Shown one piece after another: positions 44,171-56,640 of a stretch of 64,000 bases of DNA. The DNA is taken from assembly GCF_006345805.1 (NCBI RefSeq), contig NC_042998.1, positions 118,172,001 through 118,236,000 on the forward strand, given 5' to 3'. Origin of the DNA: Octopus sinensis. Lineage: Eukaryota. The position numbers and the translations under genes were made by a program. Position 1 is the first letter of the stretch; every line of letters starts with the position of its first letter. The notes beneath the pieces were generated by a model. That model was not told where the DNA came from. It was given only the letters and a program-made list of their open reading frames with translations, and did no database searches.

Positions 44171-44720
44171 CACATATATACATATACATATATATATATA
44201 TATATATATACATATATATATACATATATATACATATATATATACATATATACATACATACATATACACACACATACATATATCAACAATTGAGGGTAAA
44301 GTTAATTAGTTATTAATCAATTTCACCAAGTATCCAGTATGTAAAAGGACCATTATTTTTTTGTGTAAACAATGTCTGAGGGAAAATATTCTCTAAGTAG
44401 TGGAAGAGGCTAAAAAACTTTTTTGGCTGCTATTTCTAGAAAGTTCAGTATGTGGCAAAGTAATTTATTTTACTAAGCCCTAATTATATAATATTTTATA
44501 CATACATACACATACATACACACATACATATACACATACATATGCATACACACATATATACATATATACATATATACACGCACACACACACACACGCACA
44601 TACATATATATATATTTTTTTTTTTTACATACATACACACACACATAATACATGCGTATATTCCTACTATACCCATACATTTCTATACATATATACGATA
44701 CACATATACAAGCGTGCACA
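41957..44720. repeat. Very long compound (CA)/(TA)/(CATA) microsatellite field with unique islands
   Basis: Directly visible; unique islands at ~42075-42400, ~43050-43200 (internally duplicated ATGCATACTCAAAAAATA...GCAGTTA) and ~44283-44480. Confidence 0.9.
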
Positions 44721-44809
44721 TACAATATGTGAAAGGTCTTAGGAGAAAAGGTAATCGGGGGTGCTAGGGGAACGGTGGGATTGGGGGGGGGTTTGTGGGT
44801 GGGGTGTCA

Positions 44810-46500
44810 TCAATCTGGTTGCCGGGTAGGTCTATAGTTCTTGTAGTTCGCATACTTCTTATGCATGCAATTTGGGGAGTGTTCTGAGATTTTGTTAAGG
44901 AGAGGGCCTTTGGCGAACAAGATCTCTAGGCTCTCCGATATGCAGAGGTCACAGCAGGTATGGCCTCCTGTGTACGAGCGCGCCTTCTGTAGTAGTTTCC
45001 ACTTGGTCTTGAAGGGGATGGAGTTCCTTTTAAGGTACCAGATGTGGGCGGCGAGGGTAGTTTGGTTGGATTTATCCTGTCGCCGGAACGAGTGTGTGTG
45101 TGCGTACCAAGCTGTTTGACGTCATTCCGATGTAGGATTTTCTTTTATCGTCAGGGCCTGATCTTACCTCGCATGTATATACTAGGTCCCTCTGTAGGCA
45201 GTTGTTGTTGAGGGGGCAGGTGGTTTTATCAGGGCAGTTGCAATTGCTATCGGACGTTGGATGGGCCTCGGAAAAAGTAGATATGTTAGTTTTTTTCACA
45301 TTGTTGTTGGCTAGGTTCCTGGCTAGATTGGCGTGGTAGAGTAGGAGAGTCTAATAGTGTTCTTATTTAGGATAGTGTAGTACTTATGTTGGTGGGGAAG
45401 TGTTTCTGTAGAGAGTGAAGAAGATTTTAGCTACAGGTGTAGCGACCTCACGGTTGAAGGGGGGGGGTTGTACCAGCTAATGTGTATTCGTCTATTTTTC
45501 CTGGGTTGGCGTGGGGCTATACTAGTATAGGTAATCTTATCTTTAAAGCCACTGCGGGCCAGGGCCTCGTTGTAATAGGGGGCTGCGGCCTTCAAGATAT
45601 CTTCCGTGGCGGACAGGCTAGAAATTCTAATTGAGACACTTTTTACTAGGTTATCTAATATATGTTTGGGGTGGTTGGAATTAATATCTATATATCATTA
45701 GGTTTGTGGTACGGGTAATAAAGTGAGGTTTTTAAGTCGAGGGTGACATCAAGGAAGTTAGCTTTTGTTAAGTTGGATTCTAAGGTAATCCTAAAGCCTA
45801 AGTTTTTAAAGAAGGTGTGAAGATTTTTCCGGAACCCATCCGTGGTCCTGGGGTTTATTTTGTGGAGGGCGAAAAGGCCGTCATCGCGGTAAAGACCACC
45901 GGAGAGGCCTGTGAATAGGGTTTTCAGCCTATGGACGATGAAAAGGCCCACTAGGTCACTTATTTCAGCAGAGTCGTTAGCACTCATGCTGACGTCGAAG
46001 GGGGTCACAGATTTTTTGGTGATCCAGTGGGATCCGTCATAGAAAAGAAAAGTCTTACGTGCGTGGAGGATCACATCTTGCTCGGCCTCGGTGATGGTGG
46101 AGGACCTCCTGGCGAAGTTAATCGCGTCGATCAGCAATCTCTCCGATAGGAGGCGTAGTAATCCTCGATATCCAGTTGTAGGAATCGGGTGTGCTTTTGT
46201 CAGGTAAATCCCGGAACCAGGTTATTGCCTCGGAGGTCCTATTCCAGAGTTGAAGGGGTGAAGCTTCACGCATTTTTGGTAAAATCCTGTCCAGGATCTC
46301 TTGCTGACGGATCCGAGTCAGACTTGGTTGGGTTAATCAAACGGACCGACGGTTTATTTTCGAAATGGTCTTTGGGTCTTTCAGGGTGAAGTGTGGGGAC
46401 TTCACCCTCAGGGGTTCGGTTCGTCATCGATTTTAAGGAGGTGGCAATCTCTTTCCCGGTAAGTTGGTTTCAGTTAGCGCTGCGTCGTCTACTTTCTTGT
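44810..46500 (-). pseudogene. Naiad-type PLE RT-thumb-GIY-YIG, frameshifted and 5'-truncated
   Basis: TLKDPKDHFENKPSVRLINPTKSD; FDVSMSANDSAEISDLVG; LYRDDGL; NFLDVTLDL; SNHPKHIL; AAPYYNEALARSG; ISWYNPP; NKNTIRLSYST; CNCPDKTTCPLNNNCLQRDLVYTCEV...SYIGMT; TTLAAHIWYLK; CCDLCISE; LLNKISEHSPNCMHK; stop TGA at 44810-44812. Confidence 0.88.
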
Positions 46501-46849
46501 ACTTAGCTGTGATGTACATATATATGTGTGTGTGTATGTGTGTGTATGTATGTGTGTATGTATATGTATATATGTTTGTATGTGTGTGTATATATGTATA
46601 CATATGTGCATAGGTATAAGTGAGAATCTCCTTATTTACCTAAAACTCTATTCCCCTTTTTTTTATATATATTTTTATATTTTTTATATTTTTTTTTTTT
46701 TTATTATCTTCGATCTAACTTAACACTGACTCCTTGACCACTCCCCCAAGTATGATATTTTGCGCTATGCCTACCCCCAAAAAGTCCCCCACCAACACCC
46801 CTTTAAAACCTGCCTAAATGTATAAATGCCAATACAATTCTTGTTAACT

Positions 46850-46900
46850 AGCTTCCTGAAGATTTCTCTGGAATGAAACAGTTCTAGTCCTGTAGAAGCT
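46850..46900 (+). ncRNA. Type I hammerhead ribozyme in inverted 5' pLTR (antisense to the PLE ORF)
   Basis: AGCUUC-CUGAAGA-UUUC(UCUG)GAAU-GAAA-CAG(UUCUAGUC)CUG-UA-GAAGCU; predicted cleavage after A46894; differs from the left copy by one loop-II base. Confidence 0.8.
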
Positions 46901-46979
46901 CCTTCTATATAATAATTAATTTTACTCTACTATGTATTGAGTACCTTTTTCTGTGGTTAACCCCGAATCAACCCGGGAC

Positions 46980-47016
<37 letters not shown>

Positions 47017-47019
<3 letters not shown>

Positions 47020-47279
47020 GGTAAAAGGGTAAAGACCTCCTTCGGTCATGAATGACCATGGGATTGCACCTAGAAAGTTACCCTCCTAGACACAAGTCCG
47101 GGCATGATTGTTTATGGAAGACCAGCAGTGACGTCGCAACTCATTTCTACAGCTGAGTGAACTGGAGCAACGTGAAATAAAGTGCCTTGCTCAAGAATAC
47201 AACACGCAGCCCGGTCCGGGATTCGAGCTCACAACCTCACGATCGTAAGCTCGACGCTCTAACCACTGAGCCTGCGCCT
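47017..47279 (-). mobile_element. Full-length CORE-type tRNA-derived SINE (octopus OR-like, family C)
   Basis: Reverse complement AAGGCGCAGGCTCAGTGGTTAGAGC (A box)...GCTCGAATCCC (B box); core TTCTTGAGCAAGGCACTTTATTTCACGTTGCTCCAGTTCACTCAGCTGTAGAAATGAG; tail TTTACCCTTTTACCCTTTT. Confidence 0.85.
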
Positions 47280-47282
<3 letters not shown>

Positions 47283-47316
<34 letters not shown>

Positions 47317-47335
47317 TATATATATATATAATATC

Positions 47336-47366
<31 letters not shown>

Positions 47367-47432
47367 ATATAGATATATAAAAAGTTAATAATAAAATATA
47401 TATCTATATATATATAATATTATATAATCTAT

Positions 47433-47465
<33 letters not shown>

Positions 47466-47665
47466 TATATATAATATAATATATCTATATATAATATATA
47501 TATATATATCATATATATATATATATAATATTATATATATATTCTATATATATATACTCATATTATATATACATATATACATATATAATGTGTGTTATGT
47601 ATGTATGTATATGCATTTATATATATATATATATATATAATATATATAATATATATATAATATAT
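47283..47665. repeat. Near A/T-only degenerate (TA)n tract
   Basis: Directly visible. Confidence 0.9.
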
Positions 47666-47672
47666 GGCTAGT

Positions 47673-47795
47673 ATTTACGATCGTAAAGTTTTGTGGTTCG
47701 ATTTCCCGGCACCGCGTTTTGCCATTGAGCAAGATATTTTATTTCACGTTGCTACAGTTTACTCACCAGGCAAAAATGAGTTGTATCTGTATTTT
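47673..47795 (+). mobile_element. Degenerate CORE-type SINE (family C), inverted relative to 47017-47279
   Basis: TTACGATCGTAAAGTTTTGTGGTTCGATTTCCCGG...TTGAGCAAGATATTTTATTTCACGTTGCTACAGTTTACTCA...AAAAATGAG. Confidence 0.75.
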
Positions 47796-48208
47796 CAAAT
47801 GGTCATTTCGGACATTACTATCGTTATAAATATTTGGTGTTATGGGCATGTTCATTGACTTTCTCTCTCTGAACAAAGCCCCACATATAATAGTTCAATG
47901 GATTCAGATCTGGGGAATTAGTAGGCCAAACGTTAGGGTTTATGTGATCGTGAAAAATTTCTGCCATCCATTCCTGTGATACTAGAGCCATGTGTGACAG
48001 TGCAGAGGCTTACTGAAATGCATATGGCCTTCCATTGCATACACTGCTTATCGGGGGTTTAACAATTATTTCTAGGACTTCAATGCAAGCGGCAGAGTTA
48101 AGTTTAAGGCCTCGTGGAAAGAAGTAAAACGGCACCACATGCTCTTCATTGTTGACAACCTCTAAAACCATGACAGTTGTAGCGACATATGTATCATGTG
48201 TGTATATA

Positions 48209-48249
<41 letters not shown>

Positions 48250-48744
48250 TACACGTATGTATTGTATGTATGTATTATATGCATGTATGTAAGTATATAG
48301 TGGATGAGTAGTGAAGTTATTAATACCTCATGGTGTTTACTATTTATTCTAGAATACCACAAATAAAATAGTTATAAATCGCAGGTAAACTTTAATAATT
48401 TCGTTCAATACTCAGATGTATATATCTCCTATGCTATTTTGGTAAAACAGAATAGAATAAGAGTCATTCGATTATTTTTTCCATTCGAAAAGAGAAAACA
48501 ATTTGCGCAACTTCTGACTTATTCATGTACACAACGTCGTATTTCCTTCACATGTTAACAATATGAATCGTTTATTTTTATCTGGGCGTGTATGTATTAC
48601 GCATGAATGCATGTGTGTACGTGTGTGCCTATGTATGTGTGTATATGTGTATGTGTGTGTGAGTGTGTCTGTGTCAGTGTCTGTCTGTCTGTCTCTGTGC
48701 ATATGTGTTCCCCATATACATATATTCCTGCACACATATGTATA

Positions 48745-48802
<58 letters not shown>

Positions 48803-49223
48803 CCACATGAATTCAGGCATACGTATGCATTCTACAGTTTCCAAAATTATAAATATTTCTGGCTGTAATAAACAAATAGACTGGTTACTTAGTTTCTATT
48901 TGAATTTTTCATCTATTTACTTTCAGATTTTAAAACCAGTCCTGTTTTGAGATAAGCTGAAAATAAGAATCAACGATGTTATTTAATATGATAAATCGAC
49001 TCTGTCAGGATGTTATTCTTAACAAATTTTTTCTTTATTTTTCATGTGACTTATAATAATGAGAGTTTTCTCGCTTATATTATTGTATATTTTTAAGTTA
49101 GTGCAATATTACCTTTTACTCTTAACATTAAATAATCTAAGAGTACATAAAAGTGAATTAGTATTTACTTATCTACACAATATATCCTCAATATTTTTAT
49201 TATTTTTAATTTTACCACATTGC

Positions 49224-49380
49224 AGCATTTCGTTCATCTTTACGCTCTAAGTTCAAGCTCTCCCGAGGATAACTTTGCCTTTCATCATTCCGGGGTCGAT
49301 AAAATAAGTACCAGTTGTAACTGAGGTCGATGTAATCGACTGATTTCTATCCCGAGATTGCTGGCCTTCTGACAAAATTT
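49224..49380 (+). mobile_element. SINE family A, 5'-truncated
   Basis: TAAGTTCAAG...ACTTTGCCTTTCATCATTCCGGGGTCGATAAAATAAGTACCAG...GGTCGATGTAATCGACT...ATTGCTGGCCTT. Confidence 0.75.
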
Positions 49381-52199
49381 TAGATCATTATCAATGAATA
49401 TCATGCTTACAAACACCCAACATGTGCGCGAATATCTATCGTGCAGTATAATTGCCGCCTAAATGTGGCTAACCCTTAAGGGTTGATGCTACTGTAGCCT
49501 GTAGCCCCAGGAAGACATCTCCTCCAGCTGGCTATCGACACACTAACTGTGCCCGATCACTATTTGAAAAAGGAAATCATCGTTCCCATCTCCAGCCTGA
49601 CGTGATACACGCGGACCCGAGTTTCTGGGTATTGACGAATCACCATCTGTGACAACCACCGATTGGGACTGGTAAATGATTCTCAATGCATATATATACT
49701 TTTTTCACTGACAAAAAGTCACTGATCTGGAAAAAGTGGAAACAAGCAATAATAAATCTCTGCATTTTAATGAAATATATTCTTGAAATGGGTTTATTAC
49801 GGTGTCTAATTAGACACCAATTAAAAAGGTATATTTTTGGTAACATTGTTTTAAACGCTTCAGTAAATTGATTTAGTTGGTGGTAGGTTGAGGTACTAAT
49901 GTACCTAAGGACAAACACATTTGTTAGATATCACAACACAATATTTACTTCGATTTGCAATTTAGATAGATTAACAAATAGATCACCCAGATTAAAATTT
50001 CAGAAGGGTTGCTGCAGCTATGAGAAAATAATTCTAGCAATATATTTAATAGAAAGGTGAAACCAAAGTTAGAATGCAATGATGAACAGATGGAGTTTTC
50101 AGCAGACTTAGGTTATACAATATACGAATTGAGTAATATAGATTCCATTATAACAAATTGAGAAATCAATATACAAATTAGAAAGCTGATAAGAGCGGTG
50201 ATATAGCGAAATAGGGATATTAAACAAAGTGACAAGAAAAATCTCTGGGTACAATTTGGTAAAAGATTGTCAAGGATACTTTCTTGACGATATTGTTTCT
50301 TGTTGAGCAACTGTAGGCAGTGCTCTTTTCTTGTATACCTAGGAACGTTATATAAATTGTCATGCAAAAGCCGTCTTGGGCGGTAATGAAGACTGTATTG
50401 GTTGTTGTTTAACCCCATGTCAGCTCTGTATGACGTCAAATATTTTTCTTTACATTTCAGATTAATTTTCCTTATGGTTTAAGACGAAAAGGTGATTTGA
50501 GTGCGGTTAGACTGCTATCAATATCACAGGGAGAAACTGCTTAAAGAATTTGCGCTTTGGCACGAGGTACGGGTTAATTTGAGACAATGGTAGACAGAGT
50601 ATATATTTTGCAAACATTATCTACCACAGTCAATAAATAAATTGGAATATAAAACGAAAATAAACCTTATGATACATAGTATTGAATACCCACATCTTTC
50701 TGGATCATGCAAGAATTCATTTATTCAATTGTTGCATTAATGTAAACATCAAAACCTGCTGAGAGTCACATACTTTAACAAAAAATATATTAGGAAAACA
50801 GATTCATTTGCATTATATCTGTACCTACATTCGCAGAAAGAAATCGATCTAGAACGTGCTATTAAATATGGTAACTTCAAATAAAAGTTGTATGTATATA
50901 TATATATATATATTATATATATATATATTATATATATATATATGTTTTTACGTACGTTTGTGCTTATATTCTTTGCATCTGTCTACGTATACATTTTAAT
51001 ACGTACATACGTGTGTCTTTAATTTTGACGATACAGTGAATACACTGGTAACAAGCATTCAATGAAACTCTAAGAAAAAACTTAACCACACCCACATACT
51101 CAACAAATGCATTCAAACATGAACATACAATATCGCCATTGATCAGAAATAAAACAGTGAAACAACTCAGAAATAAATGCACAATTATAAACAGATACGT
51201 TCACACGATATCAACAACTTTCTTCACGCATTAACCACCACAAAAACCGCACTATACACACTAGAAATAAACATAAACCTACATGACATTATATGCTATC
51301 GACATTTGTTTTTAAATTATTCTATAAAATAGCTCATCCTATCGTGTGGTTTGCAGCATTGATGTGAATGTTTTCAGTATATGAAAAATAAACGTACAAT
51401 AACTAGATCAAAATAAACATGCCGGAATATAACATTGTAAGAGTAATGCAAATAAGCCAGCAAGCCCACACAAACAAAATGCACACATAACTACACATAT
51501 GTATAATTATATATATATATACACCCACCCACACGCATTTTTATGTATATGTGTCTGCGCGCGCGCTTCTATGTGTATTTTGGGAAAATTCGTGATAGAA
51601 CATACAAACAATACAGAAATTGGCTTGGCTTTCTCACAGAGTCAAATTACAAACTTAAATGCTTTCTTCGTGATTATTCAGTGGGTGTCTTAAAAGATCA
51701 TAAAATCATCTCCCATTAAAAAAAAAAAATAAGTATAAACATTTTTAGTCTGCGTAGGGTGTTACTTCCCTTACTGATTTTTATTTATCAATTTTTTTTC
51801 TCTTAACTGAGATGTTATTTCAAGTGCCACTTACCTGAAACGTCTTGTTTGAATTTATTCTCTATTCCTGTTTACCCTGTCGCTTTATTTTTTTGTATTG
51901 TTTTCACACAGGATAGATTTTCCTGTTAGATTTTATTTTGCTATTGTGCTTCAGTTTTAGGAACATGATTACGTTATTTTTTTCAGCAATTTCTTTGCTT
52001 GATATTGTTTATCCATTTGATTTTTCATTCCATTTCTTATCAAGCACGAAGCAACTTAATTATAATTTTCAGTTGTAATAGCCTGTAATATAATCACATG
52101 ATGAGTATATACAGGAAATATCTTGTTCCGGTTTATTTGTGGTGAGAAGGAGAAGAGATATAAATCTGCCTTTGAATAACACTTAATAGATTATCTGAT

Positions 52200-53000
52200 A
52201 CTTACTCGTAGAAAGTAGAATAACTGGCGTTGTTTTATTTTATAGCGATCTGTATAGAACAGAAACGAGGTGACATAATAGCTACTGAATAGGGTCTCTC
52301 AGACTTTCTGACCTCTTCTATAAGTGAAGTAAACATGTGCATTGACTCGACAATGCGATACGTTGCTTGCATCTTCCTTATGTTTTGTTTTATTTTTGCC
52401 GTAAGGAAGAGATTGGCTGGTGAAATCGATACAGTTCCCGTTAAATTTGTTGACTTAAGTAACATGTAAGTGGGAACGTAATTCAAATTTTTTACTGTTC
52501 TGGTCAATAAGTAGTAATCATAAAAGTAAATGCAAGGACTAGAATAAAAACAAATGGATAAGGCCAGACATTATTGAGTCAAATGGATTTGAATAGAAAT
52601 AGCTAACTGTGAGTTCCGGAGCTTTTTGATGATTAAGAACATGTCATTCAACTGAGTGGTTATACATTAAAAGCATTATAGGGTGTGTTTTTGTGCAGCG
52701 ACACCGGTATCCGAGATATGGTAGTAACAATCTATTGTGGGTCTCAGAAGATAACATCTGTGATCTTGCGGCCTTCCATTTGTGGAGGGTTTTAATTTTA
52801 ATTGCGTGTTGTTTGTTTATAAGCAAAGGGAGATCAAATAGTGGTTGTTTGTTTGGTAAGGGCAGAGTTAGTGCATTTTTCATACCTTAAGGAGACGGTA
52901 TTGTTGCAATGTTGAAGTGTAATGCAGCTTTGTTTGATGTTGCACAAAACCTGGTAATATGAATACAGAAAATTTTGAACGGCATAGTAAAGTGTAAGAG
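52200..53000 (-). mobile_element. Possible N-terminal remnant of an old Penelope-like element
   Basis: KNLNYVPT resembles the PLE N-terminal GLNFVPT motif, with a weak downstream S.MFT motif; no RT or endonuclease seen. Confidence 0.35.
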
Positions 53001-54377
53001 TACACTAGAGATGATTGAGAGATATTGAGAGAATGCCTTGACAATGCAAACATCAAGTGATTGGTTTTGACTCGAGAGTTGTGAGGTCGATAGTCTCATA
53101 AGCTTATTTTGGGAGAGGTGTGGAAATGTTTATCACATAGCTCACAACCAAAGTTGGAATTAAGAGAATGGGAAAGAATTAATGAACAATAACACATGGC
53201 TAAAAGTTCAAAGTACTACTGTGTTTGTAGGAAAAAAATGAAAGGCATATGTAATATCCAATATAGGCTAATTTTTATAGTCAGGTGGATACTTTAGATG
53301 TACCTCTCAGCCTTTATATCTCTTAGGCTGATGGAACCCAAACATATATATATAGTTAGTGTAAAAATTGCGCTATCGTGATGAGAAATTTGGTGTGTTG
53401 CACATTTGGTCTCTTTCCAAATCTGAATTTTAAAAAATATTTTCTCCTTCAAAATAAATATCCAGTAAATGTAAGGTTATTCCATGGTATCAAACGTTTA
53501 ACGAGCTAAAGAACAGGAAATTGTCAATATTTGTTGTTGCTTGGGACCAAGTGAATACCAGCATACAAACTTTTGATTAAAGATATGCTAGATTTGACTG
53601 TTTCATCTTACATTTTCAAGAATATGTAGCTAGCGATACATGACCCAATGTGTTCTTTCCATACTTTAATACTATAGTGTGCAATTTTTGAGAGATTTTG
53701 CAACAATTTCTAGCAGCTCCACCAATCATATAAACGCATTTAAAGACCTATCTATTTGATTCAGCTAACTTTATAATTTCGCCCGAACATGCATTATTTA
53801 ATGTACATATATTTGGGAATGCGTATGGTTTTATCAAGTGTTCTCGAATTTCGCTATATTTACTTGAACTGATTGTTATAAAGTTTACAATCTCGACTTA
53901 AGAATATTATATTTTAATCTGAGTAAAGAAAAGTAAACATTAGTAGATTTTTTTAGTCTGTTATTCTCTTGTTTCTTTTTTTTTTCACGCAAACATGAAG
54001 AAATATATATAAGTATGATTAGTCTGTAAGCATTTTTATACACAATGATCTATAATTTTTCCGTTGTTTTCTGATGTTTTTTTTTCTTTTTTGTATTCTG
54101 ATGTAATAGTAAGCCATTAGTTCTAAATTATATATTAAGGAATTTCATTGATGTGCTGTTATTTCTGTGGTACAGTTATTTCATAATCATTTCTGTTCAT
54201 ACACAAGAATAATATTGTAAGACAGAAACTCAATGATCTCTAATATAAGAAATCAGAAATCGCTTTTTTCCTGAAAGTAAAGTGCGTACTTTACGCAGTC
54301 TTGATATTATTTGTGCTATCTAACAAGCATCGGTTGATACGCAAGATAGTTCACATATCAATATTATTACAAACTTG

Positions 54378-55040
54378 GGCGGCGAGCTGGCAGAAACGTT
54401 AGCACGCCGGGCGAAATGCGTAGCCGTATTTCGTCTGCTGTTGCGTTTTGAGTTCAAATTCCGCCGAGGTCGACTTTGCCTTTCATCTTTTCGGGGTCTA
54501 TAATTTAAGTACCAGTTACGCACTGGGTTCAATGTAATCGACTCAATCCCTTTCTCTGTCCTTGTTTGTCCCCTCTCTGTTTAGCCCCTTGTGGACAATA
54601 AAGAAATAAGAAACGTTAGAACGCCGGGCGAAATGTTTAGCCGTATTTCATCTGTTTTTACGTTCTGAGTTCAAATTCCACCGAAGTCGACTTTGCCGTT
54701 CATCCTTTCGAGGTGGATAAATTAAGTACTAGTTGCGTACTGGGATCGATCTAATCGACTGTCCAACCTACACCTCCCCCAAAAAAATGTCGGTCCTGTC
54801 CTTGTGCCTAGAGTAGAAAAGTATATTATTACAACCAGTAAGGCGGCAAGCGGGCAGAATCATTAGAACGCCAGGCGGAATTCCTGGCAACATTTCGTCA
54901 GTCTTTATGTTGTAAGTTCCAGTTCAGCTTAGCCTTTCATCATTTCGAGGTCGATAAAATAAGCATCATTTGATCACGGGTGTTGATGTAATCGAGTTAC
55001 CCACTCCCTTGAAATTACTGGCCTTGTGTCAAACTTAGAA
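54378..55040 (+). mobile_element. Head-to-tail triplet of family A SINEs (54378-54609, 54610-54830, 54842-55040)
   Basis: GGCGGCGAGCTGGCAGAAACGTTAGCACGCCGGGCG...GAGTTCAAATTCCGCCGAGGTCGACTTTGCCTTTCATC...GATGTAATCGACT repeated three times with increasing divergence. Confidence 0.88.
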
Positions 55041-55966
55041 ACCAATATTATTCCAGCTGGTGCAATGATTGTTTTCCCGCAGATCTTCCCCGATTGGGGA
55101 AATCGTTCAGCCAAAATCATTGTCAGGTCATTTAACGGGTCATTTTATCAAGTGTCTCGTCTTCTTTTTAATAAGTTACATGATGTGTAGTGGCAAGTTG
55201 GGTGAAATATATAGCAGGTCGCGCTTCTAAGCCGAGGCACTATCTTTCGTATATTGGTTACGAATCTTGTGGAGCTATTTCGTTATTTAATGTTACATTG
55301 GGTGTTAGAAAGCATACGCATTGCTTTGGAACGAAATCATAATCTGATATTATTGCATGCGTTGTCTTTGAAATAGCATTAATGCTGATCCATGGTCATT
55401 TACATGTTCCAATCCTGTCTGCTAATTTCAAGATTGCTAGGCAGAAATTGTACACTAAACTATTTTCTTGTAATATTTTTAGTTAAATAATTTCGAATTA
55501 TATTATGTGAGGATATTGACTCCACCCTGGTATTTTTACGTCGCTATGTGTAGCGCAGATTTTCTTCTCTTACAATGGATAACTCAAATAAATTAAAAGA
55601 TTTCATAATGATGCAAATTCTGATTGTGAGTCCGTTTAACAAAACGTCAGTGAGTGTTTAAAGAATGAAGAAAGAATGAAATCTAAAAGAGCATGTTATG
55701 TAACAATAATTACACTGAGGCGGCAAAATGTAGAGGATCCATTCTTACAGCATGATCAGAATATAAATTGAGACAGATGTAGTTTTGAAAGTCTTGACAA
55801 GTTTGTACTTTTTCTTGTGTGTTTCCTTCTATTTAAGTATGATGATTAAGTGAATTACAGACTCAGAACTATTATGTAATTTCATGAGACATACATTGAA
55901 CTACTTTGCGACAAGAGTCAGTATTTTGAGTGCTTGAGTACTGCACAGTTTGAAGGGGAGTTTTGG

Positions 55967-56029
<63 letters not shown>

Positions 56030-56329
56030 ATATTTCCTGAATGTAAAGATCCCCTCATGGACAAGGAGCTATTTCAGGACATGCAAGCCACGCCGTGAGG
56101 AAAACCTTCAAAAAGCAAGCAATCTTCACGATGGAATATAGAATATACTGGTAAAAAAAAACATTTCTTCAAATGAGCAAGCAGGCTTGCTAATACGATA
56201 ATAAGTTCGAACCTTAGACATCGTTTATACGATAGCTTTTTCGTTGTCTTGCTCAAAGATTGATGGTAGTCTACAACATTATCGATAATAATTTGGCATG
56301 TGAATGTTAAGATTTCATATTTATTATTT

Positions 56330-56640
56330 TTTTTATTGTTTCAGTCAATAGACTGCGGCCATGACAGAGCGCTGCCTTAAATTTGATCAAATTGCTCCCG
56401 GTAGTTATATTATGTGAAAGTATTGTACTTATTCTATCGGTCTCTTTTGCAGGATCTCTATGTTACGGGGTGTAAACGTTACTCTATTACAGTGTATGTT
56501 GGCATATTGGTGAAATTATGGCAGTGTAAATAAACTGCGGTGGAAAAACCTAAGGGACTTGCTACACATGCACCCGGGAGTGCAGATACACACACTCACG
56601 CACACACACATATTTATATATACACATGTGTGTGTGTGTG
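56330..56640 (-). mobile_element. SINE family B tail/body remnant
   Basis: TTGTTTCAGTCAATAGACTGCGGCCATG...TACTTATTCTATCGGTCTCTTTTG...GTTACGGGG.GTAAAC, similar to 13505-13680. Confidence 0.6.

Larger units (their letters stand above)
41561..46915 (-). mobile_element. 5'-truncated Naiad-like Penelope retroelement with ~400-bp inverted pLTRs, each containing a hammerhead
   Basis: Terminal inverted repeats 41561-41956 / 46512-46915; coding remnant 44810-46500 with RT and GIY-YIG motifs; ~2.8 kb compound microsatellite between the stop codon and the 3' pLTR. Confidence 0.88.

Noticed and set aside
42151-44316. Long ORFs of 200-365 aa (YIYTH/VCVY-rich), plus similar ORFs at 12.0-12.5, 13.6-13.9, 17.0-18.9 and 57.8-60.6 kb
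   Set aside because: Translations of di/tetra-nucleotide microsatellites that lack stops by construction; no domain content.
44810-46500. Selenoprotein-type Naiad (in-frame UGA at Cys positions)
   Set aside because: In my manual translation the linker and endonuclease cysteines are TGC/TGT, the SYSC-equivalent reads SYST, and the TGAs seen are explained by frameshifts or the terminal stop.
47200-47279. tRNA gene
   Set aside because: A and B boxes and a D-arm are present, but there is no complete acceptor stem and the sequence continues into SINE core and tail.
49466-49483. 14-bp palindrome AACCCTTAAGGGTT
   Set aside because: A single short palindrome is not unexpected in 64 kb of AT-rich repeat-laden DNA; no supporting context.
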